Source of the DNA: Pontiella sp.
Lineage (GTDB): Bacteria > Verrucomicrobiota > Kiritimatiellia > Kiritimatiellales > Pontiellaceae
DNA: 64,000 nt
Direction: 5' to 3'
Assembly: GCA_050290185.1 (NCBI GenBank)
Contig: JBNKHE010000001.1
Coordinates: 130,713-194,712 of the forward strand
Within the stretch, counting starts at the first letter, position 1. Each line of letters starts with the position of its first letter. Made by a program: the position numbers and the translations under genes. Positions 1 to 11,139 of the stretch are shown here, piece after piece. The notes beneath the pieces were generated by a model, which saw only the letters and a list, made by a program, of their open reading frames with translations, searched no databases and was not told where the DNA came from.

Positions 1-144
1 AAGATAAGTCCCGAGCGCGGCAGGCGCATTGGCCAGAGTGCGGGTCAGGTTTGGAACCATCCCGTATTTACTCTGGATCTTATCCATCATCTCTTTCGTG
101 TTCCCGGTCGCAGTCTCTGGTTTGATGGCATTTAGTCGTTGCAT
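1..144 (-). CDS. AhpD/carboxymuconolactone decarboxylase family (peroxidase-related) protein, 5' part only (runs off the window edge)
   Basis: Manual translation MQRLNAIKPETATGNTKEMMDKIQSKYGMVPNLTRTLANAPAALGTYL; 'GMVPN...LANAPAAL' is typical of this family's N-terminus. GAAGGA RBS upstream. Absent from the ORF track because it has no stop in the window. Confidence 0.75.
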   Translation of the reverse strand, partial: MQRLNAIKPETATGNTKEMMDKIQSKYGMVPNLTRTLANAPAALGTYL

Positions 145-185
145 GATATTTTCCTTCTGTTTGGGGTTAATGTTTTCACCCCTAA

Positions 186-201
186 TGCACGGGCCATGCC
201 A
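186..201 (-). promoter_or_regulatory. sigma54 (-24/-12) promoter for the AhpD-like gene
   Basis: Minus strand reads TGGCATGGCCCGTGCA (GG-N10-GC), about 40 nt upstream of the ATG and next to a divergent sigma54 activator. Confidence 0.75.
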
Positions 202-271
202 TCGAGCACATACTTACATAACCTGCACTAATACAAAGCATAAGGACGCTTAGGACGAAAATTAAAATATA

Positions 272-321
272 ACGAAATATCGTTTATTACGATATTTCGT
301 TGAATATAAACGATATTTCGT
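272..321. promoter_or_regulatory. Putative upstream activator sites for the adjacent sigma54 activator (three 12-bp boxes)
   Basis: ACGAAATATCGT (272-283) and its exact reverse complement ACGATATTTCGT twice (289-300, 310-321), in an AT-rich spacer. Confidence 0.65.
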
Positions 322-334
322 CTACAAAACGACC

Positions 335-1951
335 ATGAATACGGACCCTGCAGACTGTGCCGAAACAGATATAATGAAAAACCTGCTGCTGGAGGTGGCG
401 CAGGAGCGAAATGAGATCCGACTACTGAAGGTAATTGTTGATGGGTTGCGAGATCTGGAGAACGTGGCGCTGGCTCGGATCTGGCTGATTCGCCCGGGCG
501 ATATTTGTTCCACTTGCCCGTTGCGGAAAGAATGTCCGGATCACACAGAGTGCCTGCATTTAATGGCTAGCGCAGGAAATCCAATTGCGGAAAAAGGCGC
601 GGACTGGTCGCGGATCGATGGAAGGTTCCGGCGTTTCCCAATGGGCATTCGGAAAGTGGGCCGTGCGGCAACCAGCGGGAAGGGCTTTGAAATTAGAGAT
701 ATTCAGAAGGAGTCCCGCGATATTGCACTCCCGGAGTGGGCCGTGCGCGAGGGCATTCGCGGCTTTGAAGGACAGCCACTGGTTTACAAAGGGAAAATAC
801 TCGGCGTGCTTGGCGTATTCACTCGTACGCCGGCGGTTTCGGAACATGTGGACTGGTTTCGCCTGCTCGCAGACCATGCGGCATCGGCCATCGCCAACGC
901 GCTGGCCTTTGCAGAAATTGAGCGTTTAAAAAAACAGCTGGAACTGGAAAATGAATATCTGCGCGAAGAGGTCAATGAAGCGCAGGAATTCGGGGCGGTC
1001 GTTGGCAATAGCCCGGCACTGCGTGCGGTCATGCGTCAGGTCGAGCTGGTGGCTCCCACAGATGCCAGTGTTTTGATTCTGGGTGAATCGGGGACCGGGA
1101 AAGAATTAGTGGCTCGGGAAATTCATGAACGGAGCGATCGGCGCGACGGCCCCATGATCAAAGTCAACTGCCCTTCAATCCCGAGGGAGCTCTATGAAAG
1201 CGAATTCTTCGGCCATGTAAAGGGCGCCTTCACCGGAGCGCTTAAAGATCGCGCGGGCCGGTTTGAGGCCGCCGACGGCGGCACCCTGTTTCTGGATGAG
1301 ATCGGTGAAATTCCGATGGAGCTGCAGAGCCGCCTGTTGCGGGTGCTGCAGGAAGGAACCTATGAACGCGTCGGCGAGGAACGAACGCGCAAAGTCGATG
1401 TACGTATTATTGCAGCCACCAACCGTGATCTAAAAAAAGAGTCGGAGAAGGGGCGCTTCCGTGAAGACCTGTATTATCGCCTGAATGTTTTCCCGATTGT
1501 TGTGGCGCCCTTACGTAAACGAAAAGAAGATATTGGCCCGCTCGCCATGCATTTTCTGGAAATCGCCGGGAAAAAGATGCACCGTCCAAAATCCCGCTTA
1601 ACCACGGCCCGATTGCTGGAACTGCAGCAATACGATTGGCCGGGAAATATCCGGGAGCTGCAGAATGTAATCGAACGGGCCGTGATCACCTCCCCCGCCA
1701 GACAACTGCGTTTCGACTTAGCCCCACCCGCTTCCGGAAACACAAAGGACACGCTCCGTTCCGATGAGCCCGAACTCGAGGTCGTTCCGGAAAAAGAGAT
1801 GCGGCGCCGCGAACGCGATAATATTGCTGCAGCCCTGCGCGTTACGGGCGGGAAAATTCATGGAGCGGGCGGTGCCGCCGAGCTACTCGGAATGAAGCCG
1901 ACAACGCTGGCCTCGAGAATCCAAAAACTGGGGCTAAAAAAGAAACGATAA
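335..1951 (+). CDS. sigma54-dependent transcriptional activator (GAF-AAA+-Fis HTH; FhlA/NorR-like)
   Basis: Walker [15 protein letters not shown] loop, [19 protein letters not shown]-terminal HTH; N-terminal GAF-like region. Confidence 0.95.
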   Translation: MNTDPADCAETDIMKNLLLEVAQERNEIRLLKVIVDGLRDLENVALARIWLIRPGDICSTCPLRKECPDHTECLHLMASAGNPIAEKGADWSRIDGRFRRFPMGIRKVGRAATSGKGFEIRDIQKESRDIALPEWAVREGIRGFEGQPLVYKGKILGVLGVFTRTPAVSEHVDWFRLLADHAASAIANALAFAEIERLKKQLELENEYLREEVNEAQEFGAVVGNSPALRAVMRQVELVAPTDASVLILGESGTGKELVAREIHERSDRRDGPMIKVNCPSIPRELYESEFFGHVKGAFTGALKDRAGRFEAADGGTLFLDEIGEIPMELQSRLLRVLQEGTYERVGEERTRKVDVRIIAATNRDLKKESEKGRFREDLYYRLNVFPIVVAPLRKRKEDIGPLAMHFLEIAGKKMHRPKSRLTTARLLELQQYDWPGNIRELQNVIERAVITSPARQLRFDLAPPASGNTKDTLRSDEPELEVVPEKEMRRRERDNIAAALRVTGGKIHGAGGAAELLGMKPTTLASRIQKLGLKKKR

Positions 1952-2020
1952 GACAAGGGCGCATATAGTTAACTCAAGAGCAGGAACAGCTGAAAGCAAA
2001 GGGGTCGATTTCAATCTATA

Positions 2021-2923
2021 CTACCCGGAAAGAACGATCAGCAACACACCGATCAAAATTCCAAGCAATACCCAGGCTTTCTTGCGCTTGTTGACTTCCT
2101 TGAACAGGAACGCTCCGGCAAGGAACGACACCACCACACTGCACCGGCGCAGGATCGACAGGATAATGATCAGTGCATCCGGATAGGCGACGGCGAAGAA
2201 ATAGGCAAAGTCGGCAACGTATAATAGGATGCCAATCAGCGGAATGCTCCAGCGCCAGGTAAACGGCGTACTCCGTTTCCGCTGAGGCCACCAAAGCGCG
2301 AAGAAATAGACCGTAAAGATCGACATCAGGTAGATCGTAAACCAAACCTGCACCTGAACAGGTCCATAGCCCATGCGTTGAATAAGCCACTTGTCATAGA
2401 GCGTACTGCAGGTTCCGATCAGCGTGGCCAGAAAGATGAAGAGAATCCATTTGCTGCGGTGGAAGTGAATACCCTCGTCGCGACCCAACACGGAGAAGGC
2501 GAAATAGCAGCAAAAGATTAAACCCATACCAACCCATTGCAAGGGCGCGGGATGTTCATGAAACAAAAGCGTCGCTCCTAAAATGGTCCATACGGGGGCC
2601 GAAGCGCGAATGGGCGAGACGATGGAAATTGGAAGATGCTTCATCGCAAAATAAGCCAGCACCCACGACGTACTCACAATCATGGCTTTAGCGAAAAGCA
2701 ACCCATGTCCTGCCGCCGTCATCGGCGCCACCATTAACCCGACCGAAGCCATGAAACCCGGAGCGACCGCCGATCCCAGCAAGAGCGGCCATGCCAGTTG
2801 CACCCCGGCTAGATTGGACAGGAACAACACGGGAAGGACGGCATTTTCCCGCAATGCATGCTTCTTGCAGACGTCATAAACGCCCAGAAACACCATCGAA
2901 ACCAATCCCAACCCAATCCACAT
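2021..2923 (-). CDS. DMT/EamA family transporter
   Basis: About 10 hydrophobic helices in two repeats; start moved to MWIGLG (AAGGA RBS). Confidence 0.85.
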   Translation of the reverse strand: MWIGLGLVSMVFLGVYDVCKKHALRENAVLPVLFLSNLAGVQLAWPLLLGSAVAPGFMASVGLMVAPMTAAGHGLLFAKAMIVSTSWVLAYFAMKHLPISIVSPIRASAPVWTILGATLLFHEHPAPLQWVGMGLIFCCYFAFSVLGRDEGIHFHRSKWILFIFLATLIGTCSTLYDKWLIQRMGYGPVQVQVWFTIYLMSIFTVYFFALWWPQRKRSTPFTWRWSIPLIGILLYVADFAYFFAVAYPDALIIILSILRRCSVVVSFLAGAFLFKEVNKRKKAWVLLGILIGVLLIVLSG

Positions 2924-3171
2924 CGGAATGTCCTTTTTCTTAGTAAAAACCCGTTTTTGGCGGGCATGAGTCGCGCACAATAGCTACTTGCGTTTGCAAT
3001 GCAAATCAAATACGGTGCCCAGCCTTTGAACGAGGAACGGCAATCCCGTTCCCGTTAATGGTTATTAGGTATTGGTTAACAGGAATTCACCTGCGCCCCC
3101 CCTGATAACGATTAACAATTAACGATGAACTGCTACGGATGAGAAGCATTCGTGGCCAAGGAGGACAAGCG

Positions 3172-4278
3172 ATGAAAACCGGACTAATTGGATGGCGCGG
3201 CATGGTCGGCTCGGTGCTGATGGAACGCATGCGCGAAGAAAACGACTTTGAACATATCGAACCCGTCTTCTTTACCACATCCCAGACCGGCAAACCCGCC
3301 CCGGATGTTGGTCAAGGAGCGTCGGTGTTGCTCGACGCCTATGACCTCGATGAACTCGCGAAGATGGATACCATCGTCACCTGCCAGGGTGGCGACTACA
3401 CCGGCAAGGTGCACGCTGACCTGCGCGCCAAAGGCTGGAACGGCTATTGGATCGACGCAGCCTCCACCCTGCGCATGGCCGAACAGGCCACCATCATTCT
3501 TGACCCCGTTAACAGCCCGGTCATCGACCAGGCGCTGGCCGACGGCAAGAAGGATTTCATCGGCGGAAACTGCACCGTCAGCCTGATGCTCATGGCCATC
3601 GGCGGCCTCTTCAAGGCCGGCCTCGTGGAATGGGTTTCCTCCATGACTTACCAGGCCGCCTCCGGCGCCGGCGCCCAGAACATGCGCGAACTGCTCGCCC
3701 AGAAGGGTCACCTATTCGATGCCGCCGCGGAAGATCTCAAGAATCCTGCGTCCGCCATTCTGGACATCGACCGCAAGGTCAGCGACGCGCTGCGCAGCGA
3801 CACCATGCCGACCGAACAGTTCGGCGCTCCGCTGGCCGGCTCGCTGATCCCGTGGATCGACAAGGCCGTCGATGACGGCCAGACCAAGGAAGAGTGGAAG
3901 GGCCACGCTGAAACCAACAAGATTCTTCAGAACGATCCGGCTATTCCGATCGATGGTCTGTGTGTCCGCATCGGTGCCATGCGCAGCCACAGTCAGGCCC
4001 TGACCATCAAACTGAAGAAGGATGTTTCGGTTGAAGAAATTGAAGAGATCCTCCGCAATGACAACGAGTGGGTCGACGTGGTCTCCAACAACAAGGAAGA
4101 GACGCTAAAGCGTTTGACCCCAGCCGCCATTTCCGGCACGCTAACCGTTCCGGTCGGTCGCATCCACAAGATGAAAATGGGCCCGGAATACGTCGCCGCC
4201 TTCACCGTTGGCGATCAGCTTCTCTGGGGCGCCGCCGAACCGCTCCGCCGGATGCTCCGCATCCTGCTGGAGAAATAG
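3172..4278 (+). CDS. asd: Aspartate-semialdehyde dehydrogenase (E. coli-type)
   Basis: [10 protein letters not shown], catalytic [36 protein letters not shown] before 3172. Confidence 0.97.
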   Translation: MKTGLIGWRGMVGSVLMERMREENDFEHIEPVFFTTSQTGKPAPDVGQGASVLLDAYDLDELAKMDTIVTCQGGDYTGKVHADLRAKGWNGYWIDAASTLRMAEQATIILDPVNSPVIDQALADGKKDFIGGNCTVSLMLMAIGGLFKAGLVEWVSSMTYQAASGAGAQNMRELLAQKGHLFDAAAEDLKNPASAILDIDRKVSDALRSDTMPTEQFGAPLAGSLIPWIDKAVDDGQTKEEWKGHAETNKILQNDPAIPIDGLCVRIGAMRSHSQALTIKLKKDVSVEEIEEILRNDNEWVDVVSNNKEETLKRLTPAAISGTLTVPVGRIHKMKMGPEYVAAFTVGDQLLWGAAEPLRRMLRILLEK

Positions 4279-4299
4279 TAGGGATCATATCCGAACAAG

Positions 4300-4327
4300 A
4301 AAACCCCGCGGCCAACCGCGGGGTTTT
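4300..4327. terminator. Bidirectional intrinsic terminator
   Basis: AAAACCCCGCGG-ccaa-CCGCGGGGTTTT between convergent genes. Confidence 0.85.
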
Positions 4328-4330
4328 ATT

Positions 4331-5212
4331 TTAGCCATACAGTTTTTCGCGCAGCTCGGAGAGCTTTTGCGCCAGCGCGATATCGCTGGCATAGATCATC
4401 CCCCGATGATTCATGTAGGTCGAATCAGGACGGTTGAGATCCAATGGGTCGCCAAAACTATCGGTAGCGACTGCGCCGGCCTCCTGTGCAATGCAAGCGG
4501 TGGCGGCATAGTCCCATAGGCTTCCTCCGCCGTCTTCCGATTTGGGAAACTTGAAATAGCACGCGGGAGCCCGCTCCAGCACCCAGCAGGAACACATCGC
4601 CGCCCCTCCCTGGAATTGCGACTCAACACCGCACAATCCCAACTCCTCGGCAATGATTTCAAGACGCGCCATGATCTCACTGAAACGGGGATGTTGAACA
4701 AAGCCGTTATCGCTGACCAGCGACAACGATCTGCCGCTCCAATCCATCCGGAACGGTTCTCCATTGCGGAATGCACCGACTCCGGAAATTGCGTGATAAA
4801 GAACCTGTTCCACGGGATCGAATACCACCCCGATCAACGGATCGCCGGACCTCGAAGTCAGTCCGATGGATACCGCATATCCGGGCGTTCCTTCCACAAA
4901 ACAGAGCGTGCCATCCATCGGATCGATGCACCAGAACGCATCCTTCTCCAGCCGGGCTGGATCATCCGGTTGTTCTTCCGAAAGCAGGGCCAGATCATAC
5001 TCCTCACAGGTAGGTTTCAGTATGTTCAGGATCGCCTCCTGACTCATGAAATCGACCTCTGTCACCACCTCGGATGCACGGCTCGGCGCATTGGCCTTGG
5101 TTTTGACTTCGACCGGACGGCTCGCATGTTCCGCAATCAGCGCCCCCGCCTCGCGCGCCGCCAACACGGCCCGTTCCGCCAAATCCAACAGGTGCTCTTT
5201 TTCCAGCTTCAT
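4331..5212 (-). CDS. Inositol monophosphatase/CysQ family phosphatase
   Basis: LSEE, WCIDPMDGT and WDYAA motifs; start MKLEKE overlaps the upstream stop (TAATG). Confidence 0.9.
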   Translation of the reverse strand: MKLEKEHLLDLAERAVLAAREAGALIAEHASRPVEVKTKANAPSRASEVVTEVDFMSQEAILNILKPTCEEYDLALLSEEQPDDPARLEKDAFWCIDPMDGTLCFVEGTPGYAVSIGLTSRSGDPLIGVVFDPVEQVLYHAISGVGAFRNGEPFRMDWSGRSLSLVSDNGFVQHPRFSEIMARLEIIAEELGLCGVESQFQGGAAMCSCWVLERAPACYFKFPKSEDGGGSLWDYAATACIAQEAGAVATDSFGDPLDLNRPDSTYMNHRGMIYASDIALAQKLSELREKLYG

Positions 5213-6198
5213 TAAATGCCTCCCAATCCGGCAACCACCTCGCGGGCCAGCCGTTCGCTGTAATCGTTGATCTTCCAATGGCCGGGGCTCCAGCCTTTCA
5301 AAAAACGATGAAAATCGGTCCAGGCGACAGGATAGAGTGCGCGCCAGTCGCGTTCAACCGCGTCTGCGTCGAGATCCGGATGCCGCCTCTTCAGTGCGGC
5401 GCGCAATGCAGTAAAATAGATTTCGAGCAGTTCCCCTTCCCTACTCTCGCATTCCACCTCGCCCAGACAGCTCCCGATAAAATACGAAACATCCTTCATG
5501 CCGCACCCGCCGCCGACATATTGGAAATCAACGGCGGCTACCCGGGTGCCATCGCTCGAAAAACAAAAATTGGCCAGCTTGGCATCGCCGTGCACCAAGG
5601 TCTGAAACGGCGACTCCCGGAGTCTCCGGTCGATCGTTGCGGCCGCATCCCTCAGTGCCGGATCTTCATGGCCCAGCACGTTCAATTCATCGGGCCGCGT
5701 CTCAAGGTGCCAATAGGTTCCTTTTTCCCATAATCCGACCGGCTGCGCATTCATGAATGTGGCATGGAATTGGGCCAGCCAGAAAAGACAGGCCCGCAGT
5801 TCTTCATCGGATACATAATGACAGCGACCGCCGAATCCCACCGCATCGAGATCCTCTAGCACCAACAGGAATTCCTTGCCGTCCGAGTCCAGTGCAAGAC
5901 CATGCGGCACCCGGCATCCGGCATCGCACCGGGTACTCCACCGTTCATACCACGCCATCTCCACCTGATAGGATCGAACCTTCCGCTCGTGGGACAGATC
6001 CGTATTCCATCCGCGTGGATGATCCTGCTCCGTCGGCCAATGAACGTGCTTTATGATGACACGGTCAACCAATCCTCCTTGCAAGCGGACGCGGGCAATT
6101 TTCCCGTAGCCACTCCATAGGCTCTGAATGGTTTCCTGTCCAACCAGTGCATCCGCCCCGGTGGATTCCAGAATGGTTGAAATGAATTGTTCCTTCAT
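5212..6198 (-). CDS. APH/choline-kinase-like phosphotransferase (EcKinase/DUF1679-like)
   Basis: [25 protein letters not shown] motifs; start MKEQF with AAGGA RBS. Confidence 0.85.
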   Translation of the reverse strand: MKEQFISTILESTGADALVGQETIQSLWSGYGKIARVRLQGGLVDRVIIKHVHWPTEQDHPRGWNTDLSHERKVRSYQVEMAWYERWSTRCDAGCRVPHGLALDSDGKEFLLVLEDLDAVGFGGRCHYVSDEELRACLFWLAQFHATFMNAQPVGLWEKGTYWHLETRPDELNVLGHEDPALRDAAATIDRRLRESPFQTLVHGDAKLANFCFSSDGTRVAAVDFQYVGGGCGMKDVSYFIGSCLGEVECESREGELLEIYFTALRAALKRRHPDLDADAVERDWRALYPVAWTDFHRFLKGWSPGHWKINDYSERLAREVVAGLGGI

Positions 6199-6269
6199 GT
6201 CCTTACATGCAAAACGCAGAGTCTTTGGATCCGACTCTGCGTTTTGCTCTCCGAATACGATCGATGAAA

Positions 6270-9239
6270 TCAAACTCCGTAAAGCGTTTCCTTGAACGGC
6301 TTCACCAGCGCATCGACATCGGCGTTAATCGAACCTGCAACAACCAACTTCTTGGCTTCGGTTACCGAACCGATCTTCTCAATCGGCAGACCGGCAAATA
6401 GCGCTTCGAGTTCGGCGGCCTTTTCGGACGCAACCGATACGACGAAACGGCTGTTGGATTCGGAGAAGAGCGCGACATCGGATTCAACACCGAGAACCGA
6501 GAGATCAACTTCGGCACCGAGCTGCCCGCCAATGCACGCGAGCGCGAGTGAAACGGCGAGGCCGCCCTTGGTCGGCGTCGTGGCCGATTTCAGCAGTCCG
6601 GCGTCGGTGGCCTTGTTCATAGCCGCATAGATCTTGAGCGCCTTTTCAGCATCCACGGCAGGAACAGTTCCGCCATAGTTCATCGGTGCGCCCTGCTCTT
6701 CCGCCAGCAGACGATAGAAGGCCGAAGCACCGAGCTCGTTTTTGGTTTCGCCAATGACATAGATCACGTCACCCGCATTTTTCAGCGGCATGGTGACCGC
6801 CTTTTTAACATCGTCGATCTGCCCGATCGAAGAAACGAGCAGGGTCGGCGGTATTGATATTTTCTTTCCACCCCGAGTGGAGTCGTTCTTACAGGAGTCC
6901 TTACCCGAGACCGCTGGCGTTTTATACGCAGTTGTTAAATCGTAGAGAGCCTTGTTGGAGCGGACGAGCTGAGCCATCTTGTAGGCGCCGTCGGGCGTCT
7001 TGGGCGACTCGACCGGATCCGGCCAGCAATAGTTGTCGAGAATCGCAATGCGGTTCATGTCGCCACCGACCGCGATGACGCGGCGGACCGCTTCATCGAT
7101 CACCGAGGTGGTCATGTCGTAGGTATCGATATCGGAATACCACGGGTTGATGCCTTCGGCCAAAACGGCGCCGCGGTCGTTGTTGTATTCCACGCGCATG
7201 ACGGTGGCATCGGACGGAACATCGGCGTTCACGCCGACATACGGCTTCACAACGCTCAGGCCTTTGACTTCGCCGTCGTAGATGCGGCTCTTGTATTCAC
7301 GCGAGCAAATGTTCAAATCGCCCATCAGCTTGGTGAGCGTATCGGAATAGTCGGCCTGCTGCTCCACCACCGGAGCCGGAATCGACGGCTTATTCCAGAC
7401 ACCGGGCATGACAAGCGTCGGGCAGCCGGTTTCATAGAGGAAGTCCATGTCGAGGCTGGCGATGACCTTGCCGTCCTGCTTGACGGTGAAGTAGCCGGAA
7501 TCGTTGTACTTGCCCATGAAGGCGACTTCGACATCGCGCTGCTTGGCGAGCACTTCGAACGCTTCGCGGCATTCAGGCTGAACGGCGAGGGTCATGCGTT
7601 CCTGCGCTTCGGAAACGAGTACCTCCCACGGCTGGAGGCCTTCGTATTTGAGTGGTGCGCCGGCGAGGTCGCATTCGCATCCGCCGGAATATTTACCCAT
7701 TTCACCGAACGAGCAGGAAATGCCGCCGGCGCCGTTATCGGTGATGCAACGGAAGAGACCGAGATCGCGCGCCTCGAGCAGGAATTCGTAGAGCTTGCGC
7801 TGGGTCAGCGGGTCGCCGATCTGCACCGCTTGGGCGGGCGATTCGGTGCGGAGCTCTTCGGAGGAGAAGGTCGCACCGTGAATGCCATCCTTGCCGATGC
7901 GGCCGCCGCACATGACGGTCCAGTCGCCGACTTCGATCTCCTTGCGCTGTGAAGGACGTCCACCCACTTCAACGGGAATGGTGCCCATGGTGCCACAATA
8001 AACCAGCGGCTTGCCGAGGAAGCGTTCGTCGAAACATTCGAAGCCGCGGCTATACGGAATCCCGGATTCGTTGCCGCCGGCGATGACCCCTTCGTGGACG
8101 CCGTCACGAATGCGGCGCGGATGCATCAGGCCTTCGGGAATTTCCTTGTCGTAGAACGGCGATCCAAGGCAGTAGCCCCAGACGTTGGAGACCAGCGATG
8201 CGCCCATGCCGGTTCCAAGCGGATCGCGGTTAACGCCAACGATGCCGGTCATGGAACCGCCGAACGGATCGAGCGCCGACGGCGAGTTGTGGGTTTCGAC
8301 TTTGTATACGAGGTGGATGTCTTCGTTGAATTTCACGATGCCGGCGTTGTCGGTAAAGACCGATATCAGCCAGTCGATCGACTCTTCGATCTTTTTAGTG
8401 GAGGCTTTGACGTAGGTTTTATAGAGCGAATGGATGGTTTCGGATTCGCCGGTTTCCTCGTCCTTGTAGTTGATCGTTCCAGCAAAAATCTTGTGCGAAC
8501 AATGTTCCGACCAAGTCTGGGCAATACATTCGAGCTCAACATCAGTCGGCCATTCCGGCAGACCAAGCTCGGTGCGGTGGGCTTTGACATCTTCGCGTAG
8601 ATAATGGCTTCGAATCGTGCGCATTTCTTCGAGCGAGAGCGAAAGAATGCCATCGCTGGAAATCTTCATCAGCGCCGCGTCGTCATCCGGAAGTTCGATA
8701 GTGTTGACCTTGATTTCGGGATGGTCGTCGAAGATCGGGGCGGAAATATCAGGATCCGCCGCCAGCCATTCGTCTTTCGAGAACACGGAAATGGTCTGGA
8801 TCAGCGTATTGGCCAGCAGGTCCTTGCCGAGGTGCTCGACATCCTGCCGGGAGAGTTCGCCGGAGAGGAAATACTGGATGCAGGTGTAAACCTGCTCTTC
8901 CCAGGCCAGTTCGCGGCCGACAATATCCTTGAGCGCGCCGCGCGCCGTGCGGCCCACATTGTCGGTTACGCCGGGCTTGAAGCCGATTTCAAGCATCCAA
9001 TCGAAGGATTCCGGCGCAGAGAGACGTCCCATAGCGGATTCGGCCACGACCGGATCGGCGAAGATTTTCTGTACGGTGGATGCCGTAGCATCATCAACAT
9101 CCGCAACGACTTTATACACATCGCGTGTACGGCATTCCGCGATTTCCATCTTCAGCGCGCCTGCCGCGCGGTGGATAACACCGCGTCCGCGCGCATCCGG
9201 AACACCGTCTTTTAAACCGATTTCAATTCTGTAGATCAT
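6270..9239 (-). CDS. purL: Phosphoribosylformylglycinamidine synthase PurL (N-terminal PurS-like repeats, no PurQ domain)
   Basis: [47 protein letters not shown]. Confidence 0.95.
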   Translation of the reverse strand: MIYRIEIGLKDGVPDARGRGVIHRAAGALKMEIAECRTRDVYKVVADVDDATASTVQKIFADPVVAESAMGRLSAPESFDWMLEIGFKPGVTDNVGRTARGALKDIVGRELAWEEQVYTCIQYFLSGELSRQDVEHLGKDLLANTLIQTISVFSKDEWLAADPDISAPIFDDHPEIKVNTIELPDDDAALMKISSDGILSLSLEEMRTIRSHYLREDVKAHRTELGLPEWPTDVELECIAQTWSEHCSHKIFAGTINYKDEETGESETIHSLYKTYVKASTKKIEESIDWLISVFTDNAGIVKFNEDIHLVYKVETHNSPSALDPFGGSMTGIVGVNRDPLGTGMGASLVSNVWGYCLGSPFYDKEIPEGLMHPRRIRDGVHEGVIAGGNESGIPYSRGFECFDERFLGKPLVYCGTMGTIPVEVGGRPSQRKEIEVGDWTVMCGGRIGKDGIHGATFSSEELRTESPAQAVQIGDPLTQRKLYEFLLEARDLGLFRCITDNGAGGISCSFGEMGKYSGGCECDLAGAPLKYEGLQPWEVLVSEAQERMTLAVQPECREAFEVLAKQRDVEVAFMGKYNDSGYFTVKQDGKVIASLDMDFLYETGCPTLVMPGVWNKPSIPAPVVEQQADYSDTLTKLMGDLNICSREYKSRIYDGEVKGLSVVKPYVGVNADVPSDATVMRVEYNNDRGAVLAEGINPWYSDIDTYDMTTSVIDEAVRRVIAVGGDMNRIAILDNYCWPDPVESPKTPDGAYKMAQLVRSNKALYDLTTAYKTPAVSGKDSCKNDSTRGGKKISIPPTLLVSSIGQIDDVKKAVTMPLKNAGDVIYVIGETKNELGASAFYRLLAEEQGAPMNYGGTVPAVDAEKALKIYAAMNKATDAGLLKSATTPTKGGLAVSLALACIGGQLGAEVDLSVLGVESDVALFSESNSRFVVSVASEKAAELEALFAGLPIEKIGSVTEAKKLVVAGSINADVDALVKPFKETLYGV

Positions 9240-9325
9240 ACTGATTTCCCCTCATCCCAAATACGTTGAAAAAGATGGCGGGGAGCATAGCGAGAAACTC
9301 CGTCGAATTGCACAACGAAATCAGG

Positions 9326-9359
9326 AAAAAGAAAAATCCCGCCTAAAACGACGGGATTT
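9326..9359 (-). terminator. Intrinsic terminator of the 9382-11139 gene
   Basis: AAATCCCG...CGGGATTT stem followed by a T-tract on the minus strand. Confidence 0.7.
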
Positions 9360-9381
9360 ACACGATTCCGAACGATTCCAG

Positions 9382-11139
9382 CTACTCCGCCGGCACGGGC
9401 GCAGGACCTTCCGGCATGCTGTCCAATGAAACTGGGTCCAGTGACGGCGTAGCTAGCGGAGCTGCTTGCTGCATCTGCTGCATCTGCTGCATCTGGATCA
9501 TCATGGCCGCCTGTCCGACCTTGGCCAGCAGGGACCCAGGCACGTTAACACTCCACATGACCATGCCGTCTTCGCGGAAGCCGGCGGAGGTCACCGGTTC
9601 AGCCCCTTGCAGCATGGCTGAAATCTGTGGAAGCGGGTTGTTCGGATCATTCGGCATGATCGATGAAATACCCTCCATGTATTTGGCGACATCAACGTCG
9701 CAATAGTAGAAACCTCCGGTGGGATATATACTACGCGCCATCAACGGAGAGCCCTGGAATTCCGCGTCTTTGACGCGATCAATCAAGGTTTCGATCGTTG
9801 TACCGCCCATGGCATATAGGAGAAAGCCATCGCAAATTGCAAAATCGTACACCAGATTGTCCATATCCATGTTCATGGACTTCATGGCAGCCTGTTGATC
9901 CTCAGGCATTGTAATGCCCACTTTAAACTGGTGGATCGGAACTCCCTTGTGCTCGCGCGCATTTTCCAAGAACTCGAAAGTCATCGGCATGCCCATGGAT
10001 TTATACAGTTCCAGGAAAGGCGCCATATCCTGCTCCACGGTCTTGAAGTAGGACATGACAGCCGCTTCATCCTTCACTTCCAGTGCATAGTTGATGTGCA
10101 TAAAGCTATCACCGCCAAATCCGATGGTTTCACAGCAGGTTCCACCGTAAAGCCCCATCCACTTTGTCATGCTCTCCTTCACCTTTGTCAGCATCTCCGC
10201 ATCAAGGTTCATGTCCTTCAAAAGCAGTTCCAGTTCCTCCCCGACAAAGGAAGCCAATGCATCAGGGTTGGACAGCGTGCAATCAACTGCGATAGCCGCA
10301 TCGCCTAGCAAACCGGAGTGAAGCTTGGGATTGGGCTGACAGGATTTTGGAGAAGTCAGCAGCGTGGCCAGGCGGGTCGCCGGCTTTGCGGTTAAGGTTT
10401 CGCTGATGCGCACCGCGCCATCCTGCGGAGCCACTACAACTTCCACGGCCTCGCATTGTTTCGCGAGGGAAAGTAAGAAGCTGACTTCCGCTTGCAAAAT
10501 CTTTGTTGTACTTCCTGCCATTGCGGGATCCATACCGGGCGCCTGCATCATGCCCATACCCAGCATCATCGGCATCATCTGCATCATCCCATCAACCTGA
10601 AGCTTGTTTTTTTCGTACAACGCAGCCGGCGGCACGGCAATGCGCAAAGTAGGACTGCGCCTGGCCAACAGCGTTTCCTTGACTACAGCAACCCGTCCGG
10701 CCCCTTTTTCCAATTGAGCTGCATCCGGCGCAACAATCAGGACGCCATCCACCAATCTGGATTGAAGCCCTTTTTGCGACAGCAAAGCCGAGTAGGTCGC
10801 CGCCTGGGCTTCATTCACCTCTACGACTGCAAAAAGATTGGTTTGATCCAAGGCCACTACAGCCAAGCCCTTGCCCGGAGCAATACCAGCCAAACCGGGA
10901 TCGCCCAGCTGCATACCAATCATGCTTTTAAGCATCATGCCACTCGCCATGGGCGAAACCTGCTCGGCTACGCTACCCACACCATCAATGAGTCCATGCA
11001 AATCGGAAACCGTTGCAGTGATCATCGCGTCCGGTAATACGGATGGCTTTTCTACCAGTGCCGCCGTTGCCGCCGTTGCCGCCCCTACGGTGGCCATGCA
11101 TGCTGCAACTGCAATTGAAACATTCTTTATCCACTTCAT
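9382..11139 (-). CDS. Secreted hypothetical protein, Met-rich
   Basis: Long ORF, signal-peptide-like N-terminus (MKWIKNVSIAVAACM...), AGGAGG RBS; family not recognised. Confidence 0.75.
   Translation of the reverse strand: MKWIKNVSIAVAACMATVGAATAATAALVEKPSVLPDAMITATVSDLHGLIDGVGSVAEQVSPMASGMMLKSMIGMQLGDPGLAGIAPGKGLAVVALDQTNLFAVVEVNEAQAATYSALLSQKGLQSRLVDGVLIVAPDAAQLEKGAGRVAVVKETLLARRSPTLRIAVPPAALYEKNKLQVDGMMQMMPMMLGMGMMQAPGMDPAMAGSTTKILQAEVSFLLSLAKQCEAVEVVVAPQDGAVRISETLTAKPATRLATLLTSPKSCQPNPKLHSGLLGDAAIAVDCTLSNPDALASFVGEELELLLKDMNLDAEMLTKVKESMTKWMGLYGGTCCETIGFGGDSFMHINYALEVKDEAAVMSYFKTVEQDMAPFLELYKSMGMPMTFEFLENAREHKGVPIHQFKVGITMPEDQQAAMKSMNMDMDNLVYDFAICDGFLLYAMGGTTIETLIDRVKDAEFQGSPLMARSIYPTGGFYYCDVDVAKYMEGISSIMPNDPNNPLPQISAMLQGAEPVTSAGFREDGMVMWSVNVPGSLLAKVGQAAMMIQMQQMQQMQQAAPLATPSLDPVSLDSMPEGPAPVPAE

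Noticed and set aside
29..253. 74-aa plus-strand ORF
   Set aside because: Shadow of the minus-strand AhpD-like gene and its promoter.
3141..3153. 13-bp match GAGAAGCATTCGT also at about 44954-44966
   Set aside because: Unrelated contexts and no extension; compatible with chance.
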